From the NCBI GenBank assembly GCA_963785725.1, contig CAWAWS010000018.1, positions 96,001 through 160,000 of the forward strand: a stretch of DNA of 64,000 bases, written 5' to 3'. Below, piece by piece: positions 9,599-19,460 of this stretch; positions within the stretch are counted from its first letter, which is position 1; every line of letters begins with the position of its first letter. The position numbers and the translations under genes are program-made. The stretch is from an uncultured delta proteobacterium (GTDB lineage: Bacteria; Myxococcota_A; Polyangia; Palsa-1104). Below the pieces are notes generated by a model. The model saw only the letters and a program-made list of their open reading frames with translations. It was not told the origin of the DNA and made no database searches.

Positions 9599-10399
9599 CT
9601 ATTTGCCCTTGAACTGCGGTTGGCGCTTCTCGACGAACGCGCGCGGCCCCTCTTTGGCGTCTTCGGTCGACAGAATCGGCCAGCCGATCTCGAGCTCCTT
9701 CTTGAGCGCCTCGACTTCGGTCAGCCCTTCGGTCTCGATGACGGAGCGCTTGATCGCCTGCACGGCCAGCGGCCCGTTGTTCGCGATCTGCTCGGCCACT
9801 TTCTGCGCCTCAGCCAGCGCTTGACCGTCGGGCACGATGCGACCGATGAGCCCGACGCGCTGCGCCTCTTCGGCGCCGAGCGTGCGACCGGTGAGCAGGA
9901 GGTCCATCGCCACCGTGTACGGGATCTGCCGGCGCAAGCGCACCGTCGAGCCGCCGAGCGGGAACAGGGCCCAGCGCGCCTCGGCGACGCCGAACTTGGC
10001 GCCGGCGCCGGCGATGCGAATGTCGGTCGCCTGCAAGATCTCGGTGCCGCCGGCGACGGCGGTGCCTTCGACGGCGGCGATGAGCGGCTTTTTGACGCGG
10101 TAATGGCGCATGAGCGCCTTCCAATGCAAGTCGGGCTCGTTCTTGAAGCGCGCCCGCCACGGATCGGGATCCTGCTTGTCCCAGCCGCCCGACATCAGCT
10201 TCAGGTCGGCGCCGGACGAGAAGTGGCCGGCGGCGCCGGTCAGGATGGCGACGCGCACATCGGGGTCGCCGTCGATCATGTCCCACGCGTCGGCCATGCG
10301 CGCCATCATCTCGGGCGAGAACGCGTTACGCGCCTCGGGCCGATTGAGCGTGACGGTGACGATGTGGCCCTGCTTCTCGACTAGAAGATGGTCGGCCAT
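9599..10399 (-). CDS. echA19: Enoyl-CoA hydratase, EchA19-like
   Basis: LNRPEARNA, AGGTEILQATDIR, LFPLGGSTVRLRRQIPYT, EDAKEGPRAF. Confidence 0.8.
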   Translation of the reverse strand: MADHLLVEKQGHIVTVTLNRPEARNAFSPEMMARMADAWDMIDGDPDVRVAILTGAAGHFSSGADLKLMSGGWDKQDPDPWRARFKNEPDLHWKALMRHYRVKKPLIAAVEGTAVAGGTEILQATDIRIAGAGAKFGVAEARWALFPLGGSTVRLRRQIPYTVAMDLLLTGRTLGAEEAQRVGLIGRIVPDGQALAEAQKVAEQIANNGPLAVQAIKRSVIETEGLTEVEALKKELEIGWPILSTEDAKEGPRAFVEKRQPQFKGK

Positions 10400-10407
10400 G
10401 CCAGAAG

Positions 10408-10455
10408 TAGAACATGTTTCATTCGGAGCGACAAGCGAAAATGGAACGTGTTTCA
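10408..10455. promoter_or_regulatory. Pair of KstR-type operators upstream of the echA19 operon
   Basis: TAGAACATGTTTCA (10408-10421) and TGGAACGTGTTTCA (10442-10455). Confidence 0.88.
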
Positions 10456-11286
10456 GTGCGGCTTGGGCTGGTTGCGCGGCGCGATGAGCACGCGATCTGC
10501 GTTTGCATACAGGAACTTGTCGAGCACGCCTTCACGCAGGTCGAGCTCTTGCGCTTCGGCCATGCAGCGCTCCATCGAGAGCACGGGATGGTCGGACGCG
10601 AACATGATCTTGTCCTGTCCGCGCGTGTTCATGAAGTGGATGAGCTCGGGCGGGAAATAGCGCGGCGCGTAAGCCGACGTCATCAAATAGAGGTTGCGAT
10701 ATTTCAGCATCAGCCGAATCGCCACCTGCCACCACGGGTCGGCGCCGTGCGCCATGATCAAGGTCAGCTCGGGGAAAAACAGGCAGACTTCGTCGAGATA
10801 GATCGGATCTTGGCACTTGCCGGGCGCGGGCGGGCCGGGAATTCCCGTGTTGACCGAGATGGGCAGGCCGAGCTCGATGCACTTGGCGTAGATGGGATAA
10901 CAGCACTTGTCGTCGGGCGGTAGGCCGATCATGAAGGGCACGATGCGCGCCAGCACGACCGGCTCGTTGCGCACGATCTTCTCGAGCGCGCGCACGGCGA
11001 GCATGCCGCGGCGCGGGTCGACGTAAGCGGCGAGCACGAAGCGGTCGGGGCGCGCGCGCGACAGCTTGAGCACCTCTTCCGACGGGTTCTCGGCGCGCAC
11101 GGAGAGCACCGACTTCTCCACGCCGCAGCGATCCATCGTCTCCAGCATCTTCTCGAGCGAGATGTCCTGGAAGATCTCGGGCGCGCGCTTGAAGTAGTCC
11201 TCGGCGACGCGCACCAAATAGTCGGGCCGCTCTTGCGAGCCCATGTTGACGTTGACGAACGTGTCGATCGCGCGCAGCACGGACAT
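10453..11286 (-). CDS. Amidohydrolase_2 family protein
   Basis: YPIYAKCIELGLP, LDEV..FPEL...MAHG.DPW, TSAYAP, KIMFASDHP. Confidence 0.85.
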   Translation of the reverse strand: MSVLRAIDTFVNVNMGSQERPDYLVRVAEDYFKRAPEIFQDISLEKMLETMDRCGVEKSVLSVRAENPSEEVLKLSRARPDRFVLAAYVDPRRGMLAVRALEKIVRNEPVVLARIVPFMIGLPPDDKCCYPIYAKCIELGLPISVNTGIPGPPAPGKCQDPIYLDEVCLFFPELTLIMAHGADPWWQVAIRLMLKYRNLYLMTSAYAPRYFPPELIHFMNTRGQDKIMFASDHPVLSMERCMAEAQELDLREGVLDKFLYANADRVLIAPRNQPKPH

Positions 11287-11304
11287 GAGGGCCTCGTTGG
11301 CGAC

Positions 11305-11350
11305 TGAAACGTGTTTCGATCGCTTGACGACAAAAATAGAACGTGTTTCA
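11305..11350. promoter_or_regulatory. Pair of KstR-type operators in the divergent amidohydrolase/kshA promoter
   Basis: TGAAACGTGTTTCG (11305-11318, terminal mismatch) and TAGAACGTGTTTCA (11337-11350); TTGACG between them. Confidence 0.85.
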
Positions 11351-11379
11351 GTCTCGGTAAAGCGAAAAGGAGCGACGCC

Positions 11380-12342
11380 GTGGCTGCTCACACCTTCTCC
11401 GGGTATCCGCGCGGCTGGTTCGCCGTCTGCTTCTCCGACGAGCTGACCGTCGGTAAATCATTGCCGCTGCGCTATTTCGGGCAGGACTTGGTCGCCTTTC
11501 GCGGCGAGGACGGCGTCGTGCACGTGCTCGAGGCCTATTGCGCGCACATGGGCGCGCACCTCGGCGTCGGCGGCAAAGTCGAGGGCTGCACGCTGCGCTG
11601 CCCGTTTCACGGCTGGCGTTACGACGGCGCGGGCGCGTGCGTGGAGATTCCGTACGCCAAGAAGATCCCGCCCAAAGCCAAGCAGCAGGCGTGGCGCGTG
11701 CAGGAGATCAACGGGCATGTGCTCGTGCATCACGACGCCGAAGGGCTGCCGCCAGCCTACGAAATCCCGGTGATTCCCGAGTATGGCAGCGACGACTGGC
11801 TGCCGTGGACGACGAGCCGCTATCGCATCAAGACGCATCCGCGCGAGATCGTCGACAACTTGGCGGACAAGGCGCACTTCGCGTTCGTGCACAACACCGC
11901 CATCGACGACTTCGGGTTCGAAGTGGCGGGGCACACGGCGACGCAGCACGTCAAAGGGCGCGCCTTTCTGGCCGACGGCAAAGTCGATCCATTCGCGTCG
12001 ACGACGACGTACCACGGGCCCGGCTATTTGCTGATGCGCATGGATGGGCTGCTCAAGAACTACATGCTGTTCACGCACACGCCCATCGACGAGAACAGCC
12101 TCGATCTGCGGCTGGCCGTAACGCTGAAGGTGGTCGGCGATCGCAAGCGCACCGAGGGCTACGTCGCGGGCTATATCGATAATTTGCGGCGCGGCTTCGA
12201 GGACGACATCAAGATCTGGGAGGCCAAGATCTATCGCGACCCGGCGGTTTTGTGCGACGGGGATGGGCCGATCGGCGCGCTGCGGAAGTGGTATCGGCAG
12301 TTCTACGTGACGGCGGCCGGCGCGGTGGCCGCGGCCGAGTAG
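11380..12342 (+). CDS. kshA: 3-ketosteroid 9alpha-hydroxylase oxygenase (Rieske)
   Basis: CAH..CPFH Rieske motif; REIVDNLAD.AHF..VH iron motif; DIKIW..K...LRKWY.QFY; AAGGAG before GTG 11380. Confidence 0.82.
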   Translation: MAAHTFSGYPRGWFAVCFSDELTVGKSLPLRYFGQDLVAFRGEDGVVHVLEAYCAHMGAHLGVGGKVEGCTLRCPFHGWRYDGAGACVEIPYAKKIPPKAKQQAWRVQEINGHVLVHHDAEGLPPAYEIPVIPEYGSDDWLPWTTSRYRIKTHPREIVDNLADKAHFAFVHNTAIDDFGFEVAGHTATQHVKGRAFLADGKVDPFASTTTYHGPGYLLMRMDGLLKNYMLFTHTPIDENSLDLRLAVTLKVVGDRKRTEGYVAGYIDNLRRGFEDDIKIWEAKIYRDPAVLCDGDGPIGALRKWYRQFYVTAAGAVAAAE

Positions 12343-12401
12343 TCGGCCCCATCGCTCACGACGTCGCTGCGGCCGATTCGGCGTTGGCCGCGCGGCGGAT
12401 T

Positions 12402-12685
12402 CGTGCCGGCGCGGCGCGTGTGCCGATCTTGGCCTTTGCGTGTGGGGGAGCGACGTCGGCGCTGCGATAGCAGCGCAGACGGAGACCTTGCACCGCGCGC
12501 GCGACTACGCCGATGGCCGGCGCGACGGGGCGCGAGCGCGCGCGTCCACCGGACGCCCGCGCGCTCGCGCACGCCGCCCAAGCCCAGCGAACCGGCAGTG
12601 CCGGCAAGCGTGACGGCCGTGCCGGCAAGCGTGACGGCCGTGCCGGCAGCGTCACCGCCGAGCCGACGGGCGTGACCGCCGTGCC
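12402..12685 (+). repeat. 284-bp direct repeat, left copy (dispersed element plus 21-bp units)
   Basis: Near-identical to 14153..14436 (offset 1751). Confidence 0.95.
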
Positions 12686-12730
12686 GGCTGCCCGCCGCGC
12701 CCGTAACCGTGACCGCCGCGCGACCGCGCA

Positions 12731-14014
12731 TCAGACCCCGACGCGTGGCAGCTCGTCCAGCCGCAGCCGTTCACGGTCGGCCCACATCGCAACGATCGCC
12801 CGCTCGTCCGGCTGCGGCCGGCAATTGAACCGCCGTCGCAGCTGCACGATCCGTCGCGCCTGCGGCTCCAGCTCCAGCGTCAGCCGCCGCTGTCGCCCAC
12901 TGCGCGTCTCCAGCTGCAGCGACCAAATCGACGATCGCCCCCGCCGACAAGCCGCGACATACGTCGACACGCAGTGCCGCATCATCCGTCCCTCGAGCTC
13001 GAGCTCGGCGCTCGAGCACAGCTCGGTGAGCGTCCAGATGCGCACTTCGCCGCGGCGGCGGTCGTCGTCGTCGTAGCGCGCGATCGTCTCGACGTGACGC
13101 AGCGGCCGCAGCGGCTGCGGCGCCCAGGTCACGAGCGGTCCCGTCGCGCGCAGCTGGCCGTGCCAGGCGTCGACGAGCCGCAACAGCGACGCCGGCGTGC
13201 GCCCTTTGAGCGTCAGCTCCGCCTGCGGCGGCGGCAGCAGCCCCAGCTGGCCGTCGGGCGTGATGCCTTCGATCGGCTGCAGCCTCTGATGATGCAGGAA
13301 GTCGACGATCGGCCCGACGTGCATGAGGTCGAGCTCGGGATGGCGCGCCAAGAAGTCGACGACCGTCTCCCAAAAATCCTCGTGCAATAGCTCGTGGCCG
13401 AGCCGCGTGGCCGACAGCGCGCTCGCCAGCGCGTCGCTGCCGCCGAGCGCGCGCGTCTGCGCCCAGCGCAGCGCGGCGATGACGCTCAGATGATGCGGCG
13501 CCTGCGTGAAGCGATGCGCCAGCGCCCGCGTAATCCGCAGCGGCAGCCCGATTCGGCGCAGGCTCTCGCCGCGCCCGACGGCTTTGTACCAGGCTTGCTG
13601 CGGCGTGCGCTGGCCGGGCTCGCCGTCGAGCCAGGCCGAGACCCAGAAGCCGGGCATGACGAAGCGCGCCAGCAGGTGCTGCGCCAGCGATGACAGCTGC
13701 CGCCAGCTGCTCGCCGCCGTCGGACGCCACGCTTCGACGGGCGCGAGCCAGTCGGCGTGGTGCAGCGCGAGCGCGACGAGGGCGCGGTCGACGTCGGGCG
13801 CGTCGCTGCGACCGCTGGTGCGACGGGCGAGGAGGTCGCTGGCGCAGCGGACGTGCCGCAGCAGGCGATCGTAAGCGGGCAGGACGCCGGCGAGCGGCGC
13901 GATGCGCTCGCGGGACGTATGAATGGACGCGTCGCGGCGGCGCATGGCGGCCGCGACGAAGAGACGGAATTTGCACACGACGGCTCCGTGCGCGCCGGCG
14001 GACGGCGCGCGCAA
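12731..14014 (-). CDS. PcfJ-domain protein (start uncertain, 14014 or 13945)
   Basis: LKGRT..SLLRLV..WH, EL.S..EL..EG..M.HCV.TY...C..G.SSIWSL, IVQ.R...N. Confidence 0.75.
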   Translation of the reverse strand: MRAPSAGAHGAVVCKFRLFVAAAMRRRDASIHTSRERIAPLAGVLPAYDRLLRHVRCASDLLARRTSGRSDAPDVDRALVALALHHADWLAPVEAWRPTAASSWRQLSSLAQHLLARFVMPGFWVSAWLDGEPGQRTPQQAWYKAVGRGESLRRIGLPLRITRALAHRFTQAPHHLSVIAALRWAQTRALGGSDALASALSATRLGHELLHEDFWETVVDFLARHPELDLMHVGPIVDFLHHQRLQPIEGITPDGQLGLLPPPQAELTLKGRTPASLLRLVDAWHGQLRATGPLVTWAPQPLRPLRHVETIARYDDDDRRRGEVRIWTLTELCSSAELELEGRMMRHCVSTYVAACRRGRSSIWSLQLETRSGRQRRLTLELEPQARRIVQLRRRFNCRPQPDERAIVAMWADRERLRLDELPRVGV

Positions 14015-14152
14015 AAGTAGTGATCGTTCGCTCGGGATGCTCGCGGACGTGGGCGCGCTAGCAGGCGCGCCGAGGGATCACTGGCCGTGAATGCAGCGGT
14101 ACATCGCGCCGCCTAGTGTGCCGAGGTCGCGGACGGCGCGCAAGCGGCCGAG

Positions 14153-14436
14153 CGTGCCGGCGCGGCGCGTGTGGTGATCTTGGCCTGTGCGTGTGGGGGA
14201 GCGACGTCGGCGCTGCGATAGCAGCGCAGACGGAGACCTTGCACCGCGCGCGCGACTACGCCGATGGCCGGCGCGACGGGGCGCGAGCGCGCGCGTCCAC
14301 CGGACGCCCGCGCGCTCGCGCACGCCGCCCAAGCCCAGCGAACCGGCAGTGCCGGCAAGCGTGACGGCCGTGCCGGCGAGCGTGACGGCCGTGCCGGCAG
14401 CGTCACCGCCGAGCCGACGGGCGTGACCGCCGTGCC
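14153..14436 (+). repeat. 284-bp direct repeat, right copy
   Basis: Near-identical to 12402..12685. Confidence 0.95.
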
Positions 14437-14561
14437 TGCGAGCGTGACCGTCGTGCGCGCGAGCGTGACCCGCCGCGCCGGCGAGCGTGACCGTCGTGTT
14501 CGCGGCCAGCGTGACCGTCGTGCGCGCGAGCGTGACCACCGCGCCGGCGGGCGTCACCGCC
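14349..14561 (+). repeat. Degenerate ~21-bp tandem array (~10 units, GTGCCGGCGAGCGTGACCGYC-like)
   Basis: Units of 20-24 bp read directly; shorter array at 12598..12718. Confidence 0.85.
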
Positions 14562-14801
14562 GCGCCGGCCGGCCGCCGCGCCGGCGACCGCGCCGGCCGC
14601 GCGGCCGTTCGCCGGCTCGGCGGGCGGGAGCGGGCGGCCTGTGGCCGCGCTCCCGCTCGCTCCATCGCGCCGGCCATCGTGGGATCGGGCCACGCCGGCC
14701 GCGAGGTTTATTCCGGCCGCACGCGCTCCGCACCCACGCGCGCCCGCAACGGCAACGGGCAAAGCTCGCGCAAGTCCACGAGTCTGGCACGGTTCAGCTG
14801 G

Positions 14802-14850
14802 TAGAACACGTTTCAATTTCCGCTTGTCCCGGCTACTGGAACGTGTTCTA
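14802..14850. promoter_or_regulatory. Pair of KstR-type operators upstream of the hsaA operon
   Basis: TAGAACACGTTTCA (14802-14815) and TGGAACGTGTTCTA (14837-14850). Confidence 0.9.
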
Positions 14851-14905
14851 TTTTGAGGGCAGGAACGCGAGACCGCAAACCGCGCACAACCTGAAGGAGG
14901 GTCGG

Positions 14906-16078
14906 ATGGAAGACGACGTCGTGGCCCGCGCGCAACAACTGGCGCCCAAGCTGGCCGAGCGTGCCCGAGCGGCCAACGAGCTGCGCCGGGTGCCGGACGA
15001 AACCATCGCCGACTTGAAAGCGGCCGGGCTCTTCCGCCTGCTGCAGCCGTCGCGCTGGGGCGGCGCCGAAGCCGATCCGGGCGTGTTCTTCGAGGCGCAA
15101 ATGGCGCTGGCGACGGCCTGTCCGTCGACGGCGTGGGTGTACGGCGTCGTGGCCGTGCACAACTGGCAGCTCGCGCTCTTCCCGCTCGAGGCGCAGCAAG
15201 AAGTGTGGGAAGCCGACCCGACGGCGCTGATCTCGTCGTCCTACGCGCCGACGGGCAAGATCGAGCGCGTCGACGGCGGCTATCGCGTCACCGGCCGTTG
15301 GTCCTTCTCGAGCGGCTGCGATCATTGTCAGTGGGTCTTCTTGGGCGGCCTCGTTCCGCCCGATCCCGCCAAAGAGGGCGCGCCGCCGGAGATGCGCACG
15401 TTCCTCTTGCCGCGCCGCGACTACCGCATCGACGACACCTGGCACGTCTCCGGCCTGCGCGCCACCGGCTCCAAGGACATCGTCGTCGACGGCGTCATCG
15501 TCCCCGAGCATCGCACGCACCGCATGATCGACGGCTATCGCCGCTCGAGCCCCGGCAACGAGGTCAACCCGGCGCCGCTCTACCGCTTGCCGTTCGGCCA
15601 GATCTTCGTCCGCTCGGTCTCGACGTCGGCGATCGGCGCGGCCATCGGCGCGCTCGACGTCTACACCGGCATCGCCGCCAAGCGCGTCGCCGCCGGCGAC
15701 GGCGCGAAGGTCGCCGAGGATCCGTCGTCGCAGATGGTGGCGGCGCAAGCGGCGGCGCTCATCGACGAAGCGCGCGTCATCCTGCATCGCAACTTCGACG
15801 AGATGATGACGCGCGTGCGCGCCGGCCAAGATCTGCCGCTCGATCGCCGCCTGCGCTTCCGCTACGACTCGTCGCAGGCGGTCGTGAAGTCGGTGGCCGC
15901 CGTCGACCTCCTGTTCACGGCGTCGGGCGGTCGCGCCATCTTCCTCGACAGCCCGATGCAGCGCTATTTCCAGGACGTTCATGCGGCGCGCGCGCACTAC
16001 GCCAACAACCCGGACAAGCCGGGCCGCAACTGGGGCGGCGTGCAGCTCGGGCTGAAAAATACCGACTACTTCGTCTGA
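14906..16078 (+). CDS. hsaA: 3-HSA 4-hydroxylase, flavin-dependent monooxygenase subunit
   Basis: GVVAVHNWQLALF..AQQEVW..D....SSSYAP, WSFSSGCDH, GLRATGS, DVHAARAHYAN; AAGGAGG SD. Confidence 0.92.
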   Translation: MEDDVVARAQQLAPKLAERARAANELRRVPDETIADLKAAGLFRLLQPSRWGGAEADPGVFFEAQMALATACPSTAWVYGVVAVHNWQLALFPLEAQQEVWEADPTALISSSYAPTGKIERVDGGYRVTGRWSFSSGCDHCQWVFLGGLVPPDPAKEGAPPEMRTFLLPRRDYRIDDTWHVSGLRATGSKDIVVDGVIVPEHRTHRMIDGYRRSSPGNEVNPAPLYRLPFGQIFVRSVSTSAIGAAIGALDVYTGIAAKRVAAGDGAKVAEDPSSQMVAAQAAALIDEARVILHRNFDEMMTRVRAGQDLPLDRRLRFRYDSSQAVVKSVAAVDLLFTASGGRAIFLDSPMQRYFQDVHAARAHYANNPDKPGRNWGGVQLGLKNTDYFV

Positions 16079-16085
16079 GGCGCGC

Positions 16086-16970
16086 ATGCAGCTCGGTTAC
16101 ATCGGCTTCGAAGTCTCCGATTTGGGCGCGTGGGAGCGCTTTTGCGTCGACGTCCTCGGCCTGGCGCTCGCCGACCGCGCCGACGACGGCGCCCTGGCGT
16201 TCCGCTTGGACCAGCATCGCCAGCGCATCGTCGTCGAGCCCGGCCAGGCCGACGACGTCCGCTTCATCGGCTGGGAAGTCACGAGCGACGGCGAGCTGAC
16301 CGAGCTGACCCTCAAGCTGCGCGCGGCCGGCCTCGACGTCACCGACGGCACGCCGCCCGAAGCCGCGCGCCGCCGCGTGCGGCGCCTCGTCAAGCTGCGC
16401 GATCCGACCGGCATCCCGACGGAGATCTTCGTCGGCGCCGAGCGCGTCGCCGCGCCCTTCGTCTCGCCGGTCGTGCGCTCGGGCTTCGTCGCCGACGAGC
16501 GCGGCCTCGGCCACATCGTCGTCGCCGCGCGCGATCAGGCGGCGAGCCAGCATTTCTACTGCGAGCTGCTCGGCCTGAAGTTGAGCGATCGCATCACCGC
16601 CGACGTGCACGGCTACAAAGCGGACGTCGTGTTCTTGCACGCCAATCAGCGCCATCATTCGCTGGCGATCGGGCAAGAGGATCGCAAGCGCATCCATCAC
16701 TTCATGCTCGAAGCGCGCACGATGGACGAAGTCGGTCTGGCGATGGATCGCACGCTGCGCGCCGGCCTCAAGCTGATGCACACGCTCGGTCGTCACCCCA
16801 ACGATCGCATGTTCAGCTTTTACGCGCGGACGCCGTCCGGCTTCAACTTCGAGTTCGGCTGGGGCGGTCGCGACGTCGACGACGCCACTTGGCAGCCGAC
16901 CACCTACGATCACATCAGCGAATGGGGCCATCATCCGCCGCAGTTTCTGACGCCGAGGAAGCCACAATGA
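16086..16970 (+). CDS. hsaC: Extradiol dioxygenase (3,4-DHSA dioxygenase)
   Basis: LGYIG, GLGHIV, RHHSLA, HHFMLE, TLGRHPND.MFSFY..TPSGF..EFG. Confidence 0.88.
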   Translation: MQLGYIGFEVSDLGAWERFCVDVLGLALADRADDGALAFRLDQHRQRIVVEPGQADDVRFIGWEVTSDGELTELTLKLRAAGLDVTDGTPPEAARRRVRRLVKLRDPTGIPTEIFVGAERVAAPFVSPVVRSGFVADERGLGHIVVAARDQAASQHFYCELLGLKLSDRITADVHGYKADVVFLHANQRHHSLAIGQEDRKRIHHFMLEARTMDEVGLAMDRTLRAGLKLMHTLGRHPNDRMFSFYARTPSGFNFEFGWGGRDVDDATWQPTTYDHISEWGHHPPQFLTPRKPQ

Positions 16971-17809
16971 CCAAAGCGGTTCCCGAAGGGCAATATGTCG
17001 ACATCGGCGATGGGCTGAAGATCCATTATCACGCCGAAGGCAGCGGTCCGCCCGTCGTCTTCCTGCACGGCAGCGGCCCCGGCGCCAGCGGCTGGTCCAA
17101 CTTTCGCCGCAACTATCCCGCGTTCGCGGCCGCCGGAATGCGCGCCATCGTCCCCGACACGCTCGGCTACGGCTACTCGTCGAAGCCCGAGAACATCGAG
17201 TACACGCTCGACTTCCTGGTCGCGGCGTTGCGGCGCGGGCTCGACGCGCTCGGCATCGAACGCTGCGCCGTCATCGGCAACTCGCACGGCGGCGCCATGG
17301 CCATCAAGCTGGCGCTCGACGACCCGAAGCGCGTGTCGCGCCTGGTGTTGATGGCGCCCGGCGGCTTGGAAGAGCGCGAGACCTACATGAAAATGGCGGG
17401 AATTCGCGCCATGATGAAGGCGTTCTTGGCCGAGGGCGGCATGACGCGCGAGAAGCTGCGCGGCGTCTTCGAGCTGCAGCTCTACGACAAAGGGCTCATC
17501 ACCGACGAGATCTTGGGCGAGCGGCTGGAGATCGCCGAGACGCAGCCGAAGAAGGTGCTGACGTCGATGCAGGTGCCGCATCTGGCGCCGCTCTTGTCGC
17601 AGCTCGATTGCCCGATCTTCGCGCTCTGGGGCATGGACGATCAGTTCTGCCCGTCGTCGGGCGCGCTGCGGATCGCGCAGTCGTGCAAGAACGCGCGCGT
17701 CATGCTGCTGACCGAATGCGGCCACTGGGTGATGGTGGAAAAGGCGGCGCTGTTCAATCGGCTGTGCCTCGACTTCGTGCAGGAAGCGCGCTCGCAGGAC
17801 CTACAATGA
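16967..17809 (+). CDS. hsaD: Meta-cleavage product hydrolase (4,9-DSHA hydrolase)
   Basis: LHGSGPGASGWSNF, GNSHGG nucleophile, CGHWV; ATGA overlap with hsaC. Confidence 0.87.
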   Translation: MTKAVPEGQYVDIGDGLKIHYHAEGSGPPVVFLHGSGPGASGWSNFRRNYPAFAAAGMRAIVPDTLGYGYSSKPENIEYTLDFLVAALRRGLDALGIERCAVIGNSHGGAMAIKLALDDPKRVSRLVLMAPGGLEERETYMKMAGIRAMMKAFLAEGGMTREKLRGVFELQLYDKGLITDEILGERLEIAETQPKKVLTSMQVPHLAPLLSQLDCPIFALWGMDDQFCPSSGALRIAQSCKNARVMLLTECGHWVMVEKAALFNRLCLDFVQEARSQDLQ

Positions 17810-18588
17810 ACGCGGCCGCCACCGACGCGCTCGGCGACGAGCTGTACACGGCGTTGCGCGCGCGCTCGACGCTGTCGCCGCTCACCGCGCGTCATCCGGG
17901 CATCACGATCGACGACAGCTATCGCATCTCGCGGCGCCTGGTCGACCGCCGCGTCGCCGACGGTGAGCGCGTCGTCGGCAAGAAGATCGGCGTGACCTCG
18001 AAGGTCGTGCAGCGCGCGCTCGACGTGCATCAGCCCGACTTCGGCTGGCTGACCGACCGCATGCAATATCGCTCGGGCGACGCCTTGCCGATCTCACGCG
18101 AGCTCATTCAGCCGCGCGCCGAGGGCGAGATCGCGTTCCTCCTGAAGCGCGATCTCGTCGGGTCGGGCATCACGCCGTCGGACGTCGTCGCCGCCACCGA
18201 GTGCGTCATGGCCTGCTTCGAGATCGTCGACTCGCGCATCACCGACTGGAAGATCCGCATCCAGGACACCATCGCCGACAATGCGTCGTCGGGGCTGTAC
18301 GCGCTCGGCGCCGAGGTCTCGCCGAGCGGGCTCGACTTCGTCACCTGCGGCATGGTCGTCGAGAAGAACGGCGAGATCATCTCCACCGGCGCGGGCGCGG
18401 CGGCGCTCGGCTCGCCGCTCATCTGCGTCGCCTGGCTCGCCGACACCATGAGCCGCTTCGATCAGCCGTTGCGCGCGGGCGAAATCATCTTGTCCGGCTC
18501 GTTGGTGCCGCTCGAGCCGGTGCTTCCCGGCGATCGCATGCGCGTGCGCATCGGCGGCATCGGCAGCTGCGAGGTCAGCTTCACATGA
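17806..18588 (+). CDS. hsaE: 2-hydroxyhexa-2,4-dienoate hydratase
   Basis: [36 protein letters not shown]. Confidence 0.9.
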   Translation: MNAAATDALGDELYTALRARSTLSPLTARHPGITIDDSYRISRRLVDRRVADGERVVGKKIGVTSKVVQRALDVHQPDFGWLTDRMQYRSGDALPISRELIQPRAEGEIAFLLKRDLVGSGITPSDVVAATECVMACFEIVDSRITDWKIRIQDTIADNASSGLYALGAEVSPSGLDFVTCGMVVEKNGEIISTGAGAAALGSPLICVAWLADTMSRFDQPLRAGEIILSGSLVPLEPVLPGDRMRVRIGGIGSCEVSFT

Positions 18589-19460
18589 AGATCAAAGCGG
18601 CCATCATCGGCTCGGGAAACATCGGGACCGATCTCTTGTACAAGGCGCTGCGCTCGTCGACGATCGAGCCGGTGTGGATGGTCGGCGTCGACGCGGCGTC
18701 CGATGGTCTGGCGCGCGCGGCCAAGCTCGGGCTGCACACGACGCACGAAGGCGTCGACGGCCTCGTCGGCGCGGTCGAGCGCGACCAAGTGCGGATCGCC
18801 TTCGACGCGACGTCGGCGCATGCGCACCACGACAACGCGGCCAAGCTGGGCGCCAAAGGCGTGGTCATGATCGATCTGACGCCGGCGGCCATCGGCCCCT
18901 ATTGCGTGCCGCCGGTGAACTTGCAGGATCACCTCGGCACGCGCGAGCGCAACGTCAACATGGTCAGCTGCGGCGGCCAGGCGACGATTCCCATGGTCGC
19001 CGCCGTCAGTCGCGTGCAGCCCGTCGAGTACGCCGAGATCGTAGCGACCGTGGCCTCCAAGTCGATCGGTCCCGGCACGCGCCAGAACATCGACGAGTTC
19101 ACGCGCACGACGGCGCACGCGGTCGAGAAGATTGGCGGCGCCAAGCGCGGCAAGGCGATCATCGTCATCAACCCCGCCGAGCCGCCGATCATCATGCGCG
19201 ACACGATCCACTGCTTGACCGTCGGCGAGCCCGATCGCGACGCCATCGTCGCCTCGGTGCGCAAGATGGTCGCCAGCGTGCAGGAATACGTGCCCGGCTA
19301 CACGCTGAAGAACGGCCCCGTGTTCGACGGCCGCCGCGTCACGGTGTTCATGGAAGTGGCCGGTCGCGGCGACTACCTGCCGAAATACGCCGGCAACCTC
19401 GACATCATGACCTCGGCCGCCCTGCGCACCGCCGAGCTCTTCGCGGAGCGAATGCTATGA
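18585..19460 (+). CDS. hsaG: Acylating acetaldehyde/propionaldehyde dehydrogenase
   Basis: [41 protein letters not shown]. Confidence 0.95.
   Translation: MKIKAAIIGSGNIGTDLLYKALRSSTIEPVWMVGVDAASDGLARAAKLGLHTTHEGVDGLVGAVERDQVRIAFDATSAHAHHDNAAKLGAKGVVMIDLTPAAIGPYCVPPVNLQDHLGTRERNVNMVSCGGQATIPMVAAVSRVQPVEYAEIVATVASKSIGPGTRQNIDEFTRTTAHAVEKIGGAKRGKAIIVINPAEPPIIMRDTIHCLTVGEPDRDAIVASVRKMVASVQEYVPGYTLKNGPVFDGRRVTVFMEVAGRGDYLPKYAGNLDIMTSAALRTAELFAERML

Noticed and set aside
12447..12520. GGAGACCTTGC as a cobalamin riboswitch B12 box
   Set aside because: Other core motifs (AGGGAA, GCCACTG) are missing, and copies sit mostly between convergent gene ends
12598..14561. 21-bp arrays as a CRISPR array
   Set aside because: Units are contiguous with no unique spacers, are degenerate, and no cas genes are present
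14264..14905. 214-aa N-terminal extension of HsaA
   Set aside because: Runs through the repeat array and operators; a strong SD (AAGGAGG) supports ATG 14906
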